Counted from the stretch's first letter, positions 1-8,926 are shown. The stretch: 40,178 nucleotides of DNA from Actinomycetes bacterium (GCA_029263035.1 JAJCYF010000238.1:1-40178); one strand, 5' to 3'. Translations and numbers: made by a program. Notes: generated from the letters alone by a model not told the origin.

Positions 1-234
1 CAGCGACACCGAAGCCGCCTGGAGGGTGTTGAGCAGGCCCCGGCCGAAGAACCTGATCACCTCACGCTGGGTCAGCGGTTCCCACTCGTCCCAATCGAGC
101 TGGCCGGCCTCGGCAAACCGGTTGAGGGCAACAAAAACCACATAGGCGATGGCCGCTACGGCAACAATCGACGAGATGAGCGCCCGCCGGCGCCCGCGGG
201 GGCCCAGGGCGTCGCCCAGGGCCGGGGCTACCAA
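1..234 (-). CDS. amino-acid ABC transporter permease, N-terminal part (gene runs off the left edge)
   Basis: The minus-strand frame is open to the window edge. From TTG 234 it reads LVAPALGDALGPRGRRRALISSIVAVAAIAYVVFVALNRFAEAGQLDWDEWEPLTQREVIRFFGRGLLNTLQAASVSL. That is an Arg-rich N-terminus, TM1 and a G-LL-NTL segment, as in the second permease of GluABCD-type operons. It begins 20 nt after the stop of the first permease. It is absent from the ORF track because it is open-ended. Confidence 0.65.
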   Translation of the reverse strand, partial: MVAPALGDALGPRGRRRALISSIVAVAAIAYVVFVALNRFAEAGQLDWDEWEPLTQREVIRFFGRGLLNTLQAASVSL

Positions 235-253
235 GGGATCCTCTGCAGGGCGG

Positions 254-898
254 TCATCGCTTGATCGCCGTCCGTGTTTCGATCCGGCCCACAATCCAGC
301 CCGCCGGCAGGGTGAGAACCAGGTATGCGAGGGCGGTGCCGAAGAACACCAGCAGCCCCTCGGCGGTGTCGGTGATCAAGCGTTTGCTGATGAAGGTCAG
401 CTCGGCCACCGAGATCACCGACGCCAGTGAGGTGTTCTTCACCAGGGCGATGAACAGGTTTCCCATCGGCGGGACCACCGACCGGAGGGCCTGGGGCATG
501 ACGACCAGACCGAGAGTCTGGGAGAAGGTGAGCCCGATTGCCCGGGCGGCCTCCGCCTGGCCGCGCGAAACGGTGTTGATCCCGGCCCGGATTGCTTCGC
601 CGACGAAGGCGCCGGTGTAGAGGGCGAGGATCAGCGCCGCCGACACGAACTCCGAATAAACGATCCCGATGTCCGGGAAGCCGAAGTAGAACACCAGCAG
701 CAGCACCAGCGGAGGGATGTTGCGAATCGTTTCAACGTAGAAAGCCCCGGCCGCCCGAAGGGGCGGCACGGGGCTAACACGAAATGCGGCTATCACCAAC
801 CCGATCGCCAGGGCCCCGGCAAAACTCGTCAGGGCCAGGGCAATCGTTAACCGGAGTCCCGAACCGAAGGCATCCAGGTTGTTGAGGAGAACCTCCAT
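254..898 (-). CDS. polar amino-acid ABC transporter permease (His/Glu/Gln/Arg/opine family)
   Basis: 214-aa multi-TM ORF with the permease EAA-type loop GEAIRAGINTVSRGQAEAARAIGLTFSQTL. It sits in an operon with the binding protein and ATPase upstream on the same strand. Confidence 0.9.
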   Translation of the reverse strand: MEVLLNNLDAFGSGLRLTIALALTSFAGALAIGLVIAAFRVSPVPPLRAAGAFYVETIRNIPPLVLLLVFYFGFPDIGIVYSEFVSAALILALYTGAFVGEAIRAGINTVSRGQAEAARAIGLTFSQTLGLVVMPQALRSVVPPMGNLFIALVKNTSLASVISVAELTFISKRLITDTAEGLLVFFGTALAYLVLTLPAGWIVGRIETRTAIKR

Positions 899-934
899 CT
901 AACGTTTCGGCTCTTGGAAGCTCTCCTCGGCTGG

Positions 935-1936
935 TTAGGTGGTGGGCGAAGCAGCCGGCGAAGCGGTGCCCGTAGCCGTCGGCGAGGCGGTTGCCGTCAC
1001 CGTCGGGGTGGGAGCGGGTGAAGCTTCACCGGTGGAGGTGTAGCGATCCACCTCAGGCGGCTCGGGAGCGTCAACTCCCGCTTCGCCAACGGTGGCGTCG
1101 AACGCCTCTTCCCAGGCGCCGCTCTCGTAGGCTTCCTCGATGGTGTCGTTGAGGAAGTCACGGAAGGCGTCGTCGCCCTTGGGGATGCCGATTCCGTAGG
1201 GCTCGGTGGTGAAGGTGTTCTCCACGACCTTGAAGTCCTCCGGGTTGTCGCGCACCAGGCCCAGCAGGATCACGTTGTCGGTGGTCACCGCGTCAACCCG
1301 TCCAGCCCGCAGCGCGTCGGCGCAGTCGGTGTACCGCTCGAACGAGATAGAGGTGTCGGCCTCCGGCGCCTGCTCCTCGACGTTGCGGAGCGAGGTCGAG
1401 CCCTGGACCGAGCAGACCCGCTTGCCGTTGAGGTCCTCGACGCTTTCGATGTCCTCGTTATCCCTCATCACCATGATGTCCTGGCCGGCGATGAAGTAGG
1501 GGCCGGCGAAGTCCACCAGAGCCTTGCGGGCGTCGTTGATGGTGTAGGTGGCCACGATCATGTCGACGCTGCCCTTTTGGATCTCTGCCTCACGAACCGC
1601 CGAGACGGTCTCGATGAAGTTGATGTTCTCGGCTGCCTCTTCCAGGGTTCCGCCGAAGATTGCCTGGGCGACGATCTTCGCGATTTCCACGTCGAAGCCT
1701 TCGATCTCGTCGTTGACCGGGTTCTTCTGGCCGAACAGCGGCTGGTCGAACTTGGTCCCCACGTTCAGGGTGCCCCGTTCCTGAATCTCCGCCATGGTGG
1801 TGCCCTCTTCGAACTCGGGGGCGGACTCGGTGGTGCCGTTGGTCTCCTCGATGGCGGGGTCTTCCGAGGCGCAGGCGCCGGCCAAAAGGCCGAGGCACGC
1901 CAGCATCGATAGAAGTACTGCTTTTGTCCTGCTCAT
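935..1936 (-). CDS. amino-acid ABC transporter substrate-binding lipoprotein with C-terminal Thr/Pro/Ala-rich tail
   Basis: The tracked ORF (935..2113) was trimmed to ATG 1936, which is preceded by GGAGGAG. The N-terminus MSRTKAVLLSMLACLGLLAGAC is a lipoprotein-type signal. The body has family-3 solute-binding features (GTLNVGTKFDQPLFG, DMIVATYTINDAR, PYGIGIPKGD). Confidence 0.85.
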   Translation of the reverse strand: MSRTKAVLLSMLACLGLLAGACASEDPAIEETNGTTESAPEFEEGTTMAEIQERGTLNVGTKFDQPLFGQKNPVNDEIEGFDVEIAKIVAQAIFGGTLEEAAENINFIETVSAVREAEIQKGSVDMIVATYTINDARKALVDFAGPYFIAGQDIMVMRDNEDIESVEDLNGKRVCSVQGSTSLRNVEEQAPEADTSISFERYTDCADALRAGRVDAVTTDNVILLGLVRDNPEDFKVVENTFTTEPYGIGIPKGDDAFRDFLNDTIEEAYESGAWEEAFDATVGEAGVDAPEPPEVDRYTSTGEASPAPTPTVTATASPTATGTASPAASPTT

Positions 1937-1952
1937 ACGTTCTCCTCCTGAA

Positions 1953-2699
1953 CTAGTGGGCAAGGATCTTGGATAGGAAGTCTCGCGCTCTTTCGGACTG
2001 CGGTGCGTCGAAAAACTGTTCCGGCGGTGCCACCTCCAGGATCCGCCCGGCATCCATAAAGACCACTCTTTGGGCCGCCGACCGGGCGAAGCCCATCTCG
2101 TGGCTGACAACAATCATGGTGGTGCCCTCTTCGGCCAGTTCCACCATTACGTCCAGTACCTCCTTGATCATCTCGGGATCCAGAGCCGAAGTGGGCTCAT
2201 CGAACAGCATGACCTTCGGGGACATCGCCAGCGCCCGGGCAATGGCTGCCCTCTGCTGCTGCCCGCCGGACAGCTCGGCCGGGTAGGCCTGCGCCTTTTC
2301 GGCGATGCCCACCCGCTTCAGCAGGTCCATGGCCTTGGCATCGGCCTGGGACTTCGACATGCCTCTGACCTTGATCGGGCCCATGGTGACGTTCTTGAGG
2401 ATGTTCTTGTGGGCGAACAGGTTGAAGGACTGGAACACCATGCCGACGTCGGCCCGGATTGCTGCAAGGGCTTTGCCCTCCTCCGGCAGCGCCACGCCGT
2501 CGATGAGGATCCGGCCGGAATCGATGGTCTCCAGGCGGTTGATGCACCGGCAGAGGGTGGATTTGCCCGACCCGGACGGGCCGATGACGACTACGACCTC
2601 CCCCCTGTCGACGGTCAGATCGATGTCCTTCAACGCCTGCAGGTCGCCGAAGTACTTATTGACCCCCTCGAGGACGACCAGCGGGGTATCGGACACCAT
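1953..2699 (-). CDS. amino-acid ABC transporter ATP-binding protein
   Basis: Walker A GPSGSGKST, signature LSGGQQQR, Walker B VMLFDEPTSALD and H-loop VVSHEM. 248 aa, GlnQ/GluA-like. Confidence 0.95.
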   Translation of the reverse strand: MVSDTPLVVLEGVNKYFGDLQALKDIDLTVDRGEVVVVIGPSGSGKSTLCRCINRLETIDSGRILIDGVALPEEGKALAAIRADVGMVFQSFNLFAHKNILKNVTMGPIKVRGMSKSQADAKAMDLLKRVGIAEKAQAYPAELSGGQQQRAAIARALAMSPKVMLFDEPTSALDPEMIKEVLDVMVELAEEGTTMIVVSHEMGFARSAAQRVVFMDAGRILEVAPPEQFFDAPQSERARDFLSKILAH

Positions 2700-2740
2700 T
2701 TGCGGAATCTATCACCCGCAGCATCCGGGCCGTCGAAAGC

Positions 2741-4717
2741 CTATCCGGTGAAGCTTCCGCTCAGCAGGTCGACGTAAATGCCGATGCCGCTCGGCTTGAG
2801 GTGTACGCCGTCGTTGTAGAAGGCCTCGGGGTGCGCGGAGGCGGTGGCCTTCCAGTCGACCAGCTTCGCGTTGGGGAACCGGCCGATATTCTCGGCCAGC
2901 ATCCGGTTGTTGATCTCCTCCCACGGCCGGGCGACCTTTACATTGACCACCGAGACCCGGGGGACGTCCTTCAGGATTTCCATCAGCTGGTCGAACTGCT
3001 TGACCGTGATCAGCCCGTTGGTGCCCATGTGGATGATCACGCCGTCCCCCAGCTCGCCCCGATCCTTTATCTCCTGGACCGCCTGAATCACGCCCCTGGT
3101 CTGCCTCCCGATTGCGGCGTCTACCAGCCCGCCGCCTACCCTGGCGGAAAGGGCATCCCGGGCGATCAGCATCACCGAGTCGCCGACGGCGGTCACCTTT
3201 GCGGGCGGGGCAGGCGGGACAGCCGCTCCCTCCGGAGGCGGAGGCGGGGCGACCGGTTCTTCGGGCGTGACCTGCGTCAACTCCAGGCCGCCGATCGGGG
3301 GAGCGGGATCGGCTGCGGCGGCGGAGATCTGTCCCGCTCCGGCCAGAATCGCCTCGGCCGGGGGCTCGGGGGCGTTCCGGGGGATGGCCGCGGTGGCGAT
3401 GACGGCACCGCACAGCAGAACGGGAAGGCTGAGACAGGCAAAGCCCGTGGCGGCCTTACCGAAGGAGCGGGTCGACACTCCGGAGCGAAGGTTCCCCCAG
3501 GCGCGGCCTAGGGCACCGTCCCGGACCGGCTTTTCGACCAGCGCGTAACTGGCAACCGCCAGCGCCAGGGTGAGACTCAACCTCAGCGCCAGCAGCGGGA
3601 GACCGGAGAGGCTGACATCCAGGTCGGGCCGGGTGAGCATGAACACCGGCCAGTGCCACAGGTAGATGGAGTAGGACCGTCGTCCGAGCCAGGTCATAGC
3701 CGGGTTCCCCAACAGCCCCCTCGTCAACAACCCGGGGTGAGAGGCAACCGATACAACGACCACCGAGAGCAGGGCCACCAGCGTGAAGCCACCCCGGTAG
3801 AGCATGGGCTCAAATTCGTGCCAGTTCACCACCAGCCAGCCGATGACGGCCAGCGACCCCAGCGCTGCGGCATCCCGCATGAAGCTGCCGATCCGGCGGC
3901 GGGGGGCGGCGGTGCGGTGGCCGGGGCTCCAGACGAAGGCGAGCACAGCCCCGAGCAGGATCGTGCCGACCCGGGTGTCGGTTCCGTAGTAGACCCGGGA
4001 GGCGTCTCCTTCAGGGTTGTACATGAGCGCCATGGCCACGGCGGAGCCGGCGACTGCCAGCAGGATCCACTTGACCAGCTTTCGGGGGCTGCGCAGAGGT
4101 TTGCGCAGGCCGAACGCCAGAGCCAGCGGCCAGAGCAGGTAGAACTGCTCCTCCACCGCCAGGCTCCACAGGTGCTGCAGCATCGGCGGCCGGCCGATTG
4201 CCTCGAAGTAGGGCCTGTCCTGGAAGACGAGCCACCAGTTGCTTACGTAGGTAAGAGCGGCACCCAGGTCACCGTTGAGGCTCTCGTTTTGATCGGGAGC
4301 CAGGAGGGGCACCGCCACGCAGACTGCGGCAAGCATGACCAGCAGCCCGGGCAGCAGCCTTAGGGCGCGCCGTCCCCAGAACCGGCGCAGGCTGACCCGC
4401 CCGTTGCGGGTGTGCTCGCTGAGCAGCAGTGCCGTGATCAGGTACCCGCTGATGACGAAAAAGACGTCGACGCCCAAAAAGCCGGCGCGGGCCCATGGAA
4501 GATCGGCGTGGTAGGCCAGCACGGCGAGCACCGCCAGCGCCCTCAGGCCGTCCAGGGCGGGCATGTAGCTGAGCGAGCCGCCGTGGGGATGTTTGAGCTT
4601 TTTACGCGCGCTGCTCACGGATTCGGGCTCGGTCTCACCGGCCGGAGCCGGGGCGTCCTGGACGTCGCCCCACTTGAAGGCGGGCGGGAAGGAAGCCTCT
4701 TTAAACCTGGTTGCCAT
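2741..4717 (-). CDS. membrane acyltransferase family 3 (OafA/OatA-like) fused to a C-terminal SGNH/GDSL domain
   Basis: N-terminal LDGLRALAVLAVLAYHA motif plus about 10 TM helices typical of AT3. Then a Pro-rich linker (VAPPPPPEGAAVPPAPP). Then a GDS block (VTAVGDSVM) and a C-terminal DGVH block typical of SGNH hydrolases. Confidence 0.9.
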   Translation of the reverse strand: MATRFKEASFPPAFKWGDVQDAPAPAGETEPESVSSARKKLKHPHGGSLSYMPALDGLRALAVLAVLAYHADLPWARAGFLGVDVFFVISGYLITALLLSEHTRNGRVSLRRFWGRRALRLLPGLLVMLAAVCVAVPLLAPDQNESLNGDLGAALTYVSNWWLVFQDRPYFEAIGRPPMLQHLWSLAVEEQFYLLWPLALAFGLRKPLRSPRKLVKWILLAVAGSAVAMALMYNPEGDASRVYYGTDTRVGTILLGAVLAFVWSPGHRTAAPRRRIGSFMRDAAALGSLAVIGWLVVNWHEFEPMLYRGGFTLVALLSVVVVSVASHPGLLTRGLLGNPAMTWLGRRSYSIYLWHWPVFMLTRPDLDVSLSGLPLLALRLSLTLALAVASYALVEKPVRDGALGRAWGNLRSGVSTRSFGKAATGFACLSLPVLLCGAVIATAAIPRNAPEPPAEAILAGAGQISAAAADPAPPIGGLELTQVTPEEPVAPPPPPEGAAVPPAPPAKVTAVGDSVMLIARDALSARVGGGLVDAAIGRQTRGVIQAVQEIKDRGELGDGVIIHMGTNGLITVKQFDQLMEILKDVPRVSVVNVKVARPWEEINNRMLAENIGRFPNAKLVDWKATASAHPEAFYNDGVHLKPSGIGIYVDLLSGSFTG

Positions 4718-4958
4718 GGCCGCTGCCTCGGGAAATTTATCTGAAATCTAAGTCAAGTTCTGTTGCGCAAAGGGGACGCAGATGATACCCGAGGTTGGGA
4801 AACCGGGGAACTCCCCCGCCCAAGATGGGGCCTTTTATCCCCTTGTTCACGTACGAGGCTAAACCCAAACCCGTTCGGGTATCTCCGCAGCCGCATTCGC
4901 AAACTCAACGGCCCTGAGAATCCAATCCGGCGGTTCCCGCGAGCGGGGGGGTAGAGTA

Positions 4959-4974
4959 TCGAACTGATGTTCGA
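4959..4974. promoter_or_regulatory. LexA (SOS) box TCGAAC-tgat-GTTCGA
   Basis: Perfect match to the actinobacterial/Gram-positive SOS operator TCGAAC-N4-GTTCGA. It overlaps ATG 4967 of the helicase gene. A TANNNT-type -10 candidate, TAGAGT, lies at 4952-4957 immediately upstream. Confidence 0.7.
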
Positions 4975-7006
4975 TATGAGCGCCCTCACCCCGGAGCAGC
5001 GGACGGCTGCGACCTACGATGCCGGGCATCTGTTGATCGTCGCCGGCGCAGGGACCGGCAAGACCACGACCCTGACCGCCCGCCTCACCCATCTTCTCCG
5101 CTGCGGCGTGGCGCCCGAGCGGATACTCATGCTCACCTTCAGCCGCCGGGCGGCCGCCGAGCTGCTCAACCGGGCGGAGCAGATGACCGGTGAGTCCACC
5201 GCCAGCACCTGGGGAGGCACCTTTCATGCGGTTGCCAACCGGATGCTGCGCCGGCACGGGAGGGCAATCGGGCTGGAGCCCTCCTTCACGGTCATGGACC
5301 AGACCGACACCGCCGACCTGCTGGCGCTGGTGCGCAAGGAGCTGGATGGCCCTGGGGACCAGGAGCTTCCGGAGACCCCGTTTCGCCGGCGAGCCCGAAA
5401 GCAGACCCTGGCTGACATTCTCAGTAGATGTGTGAACACCGGCTCACCGCTGTCGCAGGTGCTGCGGACCTCGTTCCCCTGGTGCGCCGATGAGAAGGCG
5501 GAGATCCGGTCGGCATTCGAGGCCTACACTGCCCGCAAGAGGGCGCGGCAGGTGCTGGACTTCGACGACCTGTTGTTGTTCTGGGGTGCGCTGCTGCGGA
5601 TTCCCGATGTCGCCCGGATACTGCAATCCCAATTCGACCACATCCTGGTCGACGAGTACCAGGACACCAACCCGCTGCAGGCCGACCTGCTGGAGGGCAT
5701 GGCGGCCGGGGGTGCGACCCTCACCGCCGTCGGCGACGACGCCCAGGCGATCTACTCGTTCCGGGCGGCCACCCACCGCAACATCATGGAGTTCCCCGCC
5801 CGGTTCGCCGCCGAGGTGGTGATGCTGCAGCGCAACCACCGGTCCACCCCTTCGCTGGTGGCGGCCACCAATGCGGTGATCGCCGAGGCGGCGCTGCGGC
5901 ACCCCAAGCAACTGTGGTCCTCCCGGGACGACCGGGGCCGGCCTGAGCTGGTGCGCTGCGACGATGAGGCCGACCAGTCCCGCCGGGTGTGCGACCGGCT
6001 GCTGCATCACCACGAACAGGGAACCAAGCTCCAGGGCCAGGCGATCCTGGTCCGGGCCGCCCACCACTCGAGCCTGCTGGAGTTGGAACTTACCGCCCGC
6101 AAGATCCCGTTCATCAAGTACGGCGGCCTGCGGTTCCTGGAGGCGGCCCACGTGAAGGACATGGTCTGCCTATTGCGGTTGATCGAGAATCCCCGGGACG
6201 AGCTTGCCTGGTTCCGGGTCCTGCAGCTGATCGAGGGACTGGGGCCGGGCGCTGCCCGGCGGATCACCGCCGGTGTCATGGAGGGCCCCGGACCGTCTGG
6301 GCTCGAGGCTGCTGCCCCGGGCCTGCCGGCGGGCCCGCAGGAGGCGGTGGGCCTGCTGGAGCAGACGCTGACCGACTGCCGCAGCCTGGGACCGGAGGCG
6401 CCCGGAGCCGCGGTGGAGAGAGCCCGGCTCTGGCTGGACCCGGCGGTGGCCGCCCGCTACCCGAATTCGGGTGCCCGCATCGCCGATCTGGATCAGCTCG
6501 GGCGCCTGGCGGCGGCAAGCGGAAGCCTCAGGCAGTTCCTGGCCGACCTGACCCTTGACCCGCCGAGCTCCACCAGTGATCTGGCCGGGCCGCCCCACCT
6601 GGACGACGATTTCGTCACCATCAGCACCATCCATTCGGCTAAGGGCTGCGAGTGGGATGTGGTCCACGTTCTGCATGTGACCGACGGTCATATCCCCTCC
6701 GACCTTGCCACCGGCGACGCCGAGGCGATTGAGGAGGAGCGCCGCCTCCTGTACGTCGCGATGACCCGTGCCCGCAACCATCTCTACGCCTACTCGCCCC
6801 TCAGGTACCACTACCGGCCGCGCGGGCGGGACGACTCCCATGGCTTTGGCCAGCTCACGCGGTTTTTCACGCCTGCGGTCCTGGCCTGCCTGGACACCGC
6901 CCGCTCCACCCGGATACCGGAGTCCGATCCGTCCGCCCCGGCGGGTGCAGTCGCGGCAACCGGGATTGAGACCGTTGACAGGATGGTTGCCGCCCTGTGG
7001 GATTGA
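4967..7006 (+). CDS. UvrD/Rep/PcrA-family superfamily-1 DNA helicase
   Basis: Helicase motifs AGAGTGKTTTL (Walker A), DEYQDTNP, NHRSTP, TIHSAKGCEWD and YVAMTRARNHL. 679 aa. An alternative start is ATG 4976. Confidence 0.9.
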   Translation: MFDMSALTPEQRTAATYDAGHLLIVAGAGTGKTTTLTARLTHLLRCGVAPERILMLTFSRRAAAELLNRAEQMTGESTASTWGGTFHAVANRMLRRHGRAIGLEPSFTVMDQTDTADLLALVRKELDGPGDQELPETPFRRRARKQTLADILSRCVNTGSPLSQVLRTSFPWCADEKAEIRSAFEAYTARKRARQVLDFDDLLLFWGALLRIPDVARILQSQFDHILVDEYQDTNPLQADLLEGMAAGGATLTAVGDDAQAIYSFRAATHRNIMEFPARFAAEVVMLQRNHRSTPSLVAATNAVIAEAALRHPKQLWSSRDDRGRPELVRCDDEADQSRRVCDRLLHHHEQGTKLQGQAILVRAAHHSSLLELELTARKIPFIKYGGLRFLEAAHVKDMVCLLRLIENPRDELAWFRVLQLIEGLGPGAARRITAGVMEGPGPSGLEAAAPGLPAGPQEAVGLLEQTLTDCRSLGPEAPGAAVERARLWLDPAVAARYPNSGARIADLDQLGRLAAASGSLRQFLADLTLDPPSSTSDLAGPPHLDDDFVTISTIHSAKGCEWDVVHVLHVTDGHIPSDLATGDAEAIEEERRLLYVAMTRARNHLYAYSPLRYHYRPRGRDDSHGFGQLTRFFTPAVLACLDTARSTRIPESDPSAPAGAVAATGIETVDRMVAALWD

Positions 7007-7067
7007 GCGGAACCGCAACCTTTCGGGGGCCGTCAAAAGGGGAGTACATTGAATACAGGAGGCCCCA

Positions 7068-7514
7068 ATGCACAAACCCGGACGGCGAGCCCAGCTGATC
7101 GCAGCCCTTATCGGAGTCTTTGTGCTGGCGTCACTGGCGGTTGCCGCCGCTTCCGGAAGGCTGGGCGGCGGGGATGACGGTTTCCAGGTGGATTCGTCCG
7201 AACCTTCGACCGACGGCACCTCGACCGGTGAAGGAAGTGCTGGGGACGGTTCCGGCGCGGTAGACCCCGGGGACGGAGCAGACATCTCGCCGCCCGCCTC
7301 TCCCGGCGGAAATGCCACCTCCGGCCCCGACACGCCGGTGAGCTCGGATGACTCGGTTCCTCCGCCGCCGGTGCCGGTCCCCGACCCTTCGTCGGCGTTC
7401 AGCGGCATCCGGAATTTTGAGCAGTGTGCCGCCGCCGGCTACCCGGTTGCCGAGTCTTACCCGGAGCAGTGCCGCACCCCCGACGGCCGGTTGTTCGTCC
7501 GGGTGATCGAGTAG
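7068..7514 (+). CDS. membrane-anchored/secreted low-complexity protein with a C-terminal Cys-pair motif
   Basis: CAGGAGG SD lies before the ATG. N-terminal TM/signal LIAALIGVFVLASLAVAAASG, then a Ser/Gly/Asp/Pro-rich region, then CAAAGYPVAESYPEQCRTPDGRLFV. I do not recognise the family. Confidence 0.6.
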   Translation: MHKPGRRAQLIAALIGVFVLASLAVAAASGRLGGGDDGFQVDSSEPSTDGTSTGEGSAGDGSGAVDPGDGADISPPASPGGNATSGPDTPVSSDDSVPPPPVPVPDPSSAFSGIRNFEQCAAAGYPVAESYPEQCRTPDGRLFVRVIE

Positions 7515-7646
7515 CCCGCCGGGCTAAATCCCCGGTCCGGGCCGGTACGAGCCTCGCGATTGGCTCTATCTATTTTTCCCGCCCTTGCCTACAATGTCCC
7601 CCCGCTCCACCGGGAAGCAGGCCAATGACGGCGAACGGATTTTGAA

Positions 7647-8303
7647 GTGAACGGAACCCCCTCTCTGAGGCTGACCCCGGTTACCGGAGTCCTGCTCCTG
7701 CTGGCGCTTGCCGCTACCGCTTTTGCCGTGGTGACCGCGTCGCGGGTACAGGACGAATGCCGGCCGGAGTGCGTACCGGCGAGGTTTGGCTCCAGCGCAT
7801 TCGGCGTTGACGGCCTGCCGGGCTCCGGCGCTTCGGGCGCCGACGGCGGCGCCGGCGGATCTATCGGCGGCCTGCCGGGCGGGGCGGGCGGCGCCGGCAC
7901 TGCCGGCACCGACGGCGGGTCGAGCTCGTGCGTAGGGGGCTGCAACGGAGCCCCCGGGGGGAATGCCACCGCAGGAGCGGGCGGGGCGGGTACGCCGGGA
8001 ACCTCAGCAGCCGGGTCGCCGGGTGCCGCCGGGGCTCCGGGCACCGCGGGGGCCGCAGGAACCGATGGGACCCCGGGAGCTGCGGGGGGCCCCGGCGCAT
8101 CCCAGCAGTCGCCGCCGCCGGCACCACAATCGCCGGCGCCCAACCTGGTGCAAGACCTTACGCCGGACAGCCCTGGTGCACCCGTCCCCGGTCCCTCCGG
8201 GTCTGCGGAGTCCGGTACGCCGGCGCCGGGCTGCGGGGGCCTGGGCGGATTGCTGAACCTGGTCGGGATCCTGGGTCTGGGAGACCTGCTCAACCTCTGC
8301 TGA
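7647..8303 (+). CDS. glycine-rich secreted/anchored protein with a collagen-like G-X-Y run
   Basis: GTG start followed by the hydrophobic segment VTGVLLLLALAATAFAVVTA. It has two CxxxC motifs (CRPEC, CVGGC). Ten uninterrupted G-X-Y triplets run from GSP GAA GAP through to GGP GAS, at nt 8013-8102. The C-terminal tail is CGGLGGLLNLVGILGLGDLLNLC. A Pro-rich shadow ORF exists on the opposite strand, so strand and start are less certain. A TACAAT -10 candidate lies at 7590-7595. Confidence 0.5.
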   Translation: MNGTPSLRLTPVTGVLLLLALAATAFAVVTASRVQDECRPECVPARFGSSAFGVDGLPGSGASGADGGAGGSIGGLPGGAGGAGTAGTDGGSSSCVGGCNGAPGGNATAGAGGAGTPGTSAAGSPGAAGAPGTAGAAGTDGTPGAAGGPGASQQSPPPAPQSPAPNLVQDLTPDSPGAPVPGPSGSAESGTPAPGCGGLGGLLNLVGILGLGDLLNLC

Positions 8304-8322
8304 TCCGACGCTAAAGTGCGGT

Positions 8323-8904
8323 ATGGACTCCGGCACCGACGCACCGATACCCGACCCGATACCCCAGGGCCCGATACCCCAGGGATGGCATCAAGGCGCG
8401 CCCCCGTCTGCTTGGGTCGTCCGGTTCGCCGGCCTGGTCCCCCGGGACGGGATTGTCCTGGACCTGGCCTGCGGCGCCGGCCGGCACACCCGTTTGTTCG
8501 TCGAGCGGGGGAACCGTGTGGTGGCGGTGGACCGGGACCTGCGGGGCATTGAGGAGCTAAAGGACCATCCCGGCGTCGAGCCGCATGAGCTCGACCTGGA
8601 AAGCGGAGCGCCCTTCCCCTTCGCCGGCCGGTCCTTCGACGCCGTCGTGGTGGCCAACTACCTCTACCGCCCGATCCTGCCGGATCTGGTGGGTGCGTTG
8701 GCCAGAGGTGGAGTGTTCCTCTACGAGACCTTTGCCCAGGGCAATCAGGAGCTGGGGACCCCGAAGAACCCCGATTTCCTGCTGAACCGGGGAGAGCTGC
8801 TGGACCTGGTGCGGCCGCACCTTCAGGTAGTTGCCTACGAAGACCTCGAAGTGGCCGAACCCAAGCGCGCGGTTGTCCAGCGAATCGCAGCCGTAAAGCG
8901 TTAG
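8323..8904 (+). CDS. class I SAM-dependent methyltransferase
   Basis: Motif I VLDLACGAGRHT followed by an acidic post-I residue (VVAVDRD). 193 aa. The N-terminus contains a PIPQG tandem repeat. Confidence 0.85.
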   Translation: MDSGTDAPIPDPIPQGPIPQGWHQGAPPSAWVVRFAGLVPRDGIVLDLACGAGRHTRLFVERGNRVVAVDRDLRGIEELKDHPGVEPHELDLESGAPFPFAGRSFDAVVVANYLYRPILPDLVGALARGGVFLYETFAQGNQELGTPKNPDFLLNRGELLDLVRPHLQVVAYEDLEVAEPKRAVVQRIAAVKR

Positions 8905-8926
8905 GTAATTTGGCCGGGAGTACCGT

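Noticed and set aside
2712-3413. Arg/Gly-rich alternative-frame ORFs overlapping the AT3-SGNH gene, and similar ones overlapping the ABC genes.
   Set aside because: These are out-of-frame or antisense to genes with strong motifs, and have low-complexity Arg/Pro/Gly composition.
6170-7408. A 412-aa minus-strand ORF, plus the Pro-rich 251-aa ORF at 7589..8344 (-).
   Set aside because: The first is antisense to the 3' end of the helicase and to the 7068 gene, and has no motifs. The second mirrors the Gly-rich gene, because Gly GGN codons read as Pro on the other strand. The plus strand was preferred for its N-terminal hydrophobic anchor, but residual doubt is noted in the feature confidence.
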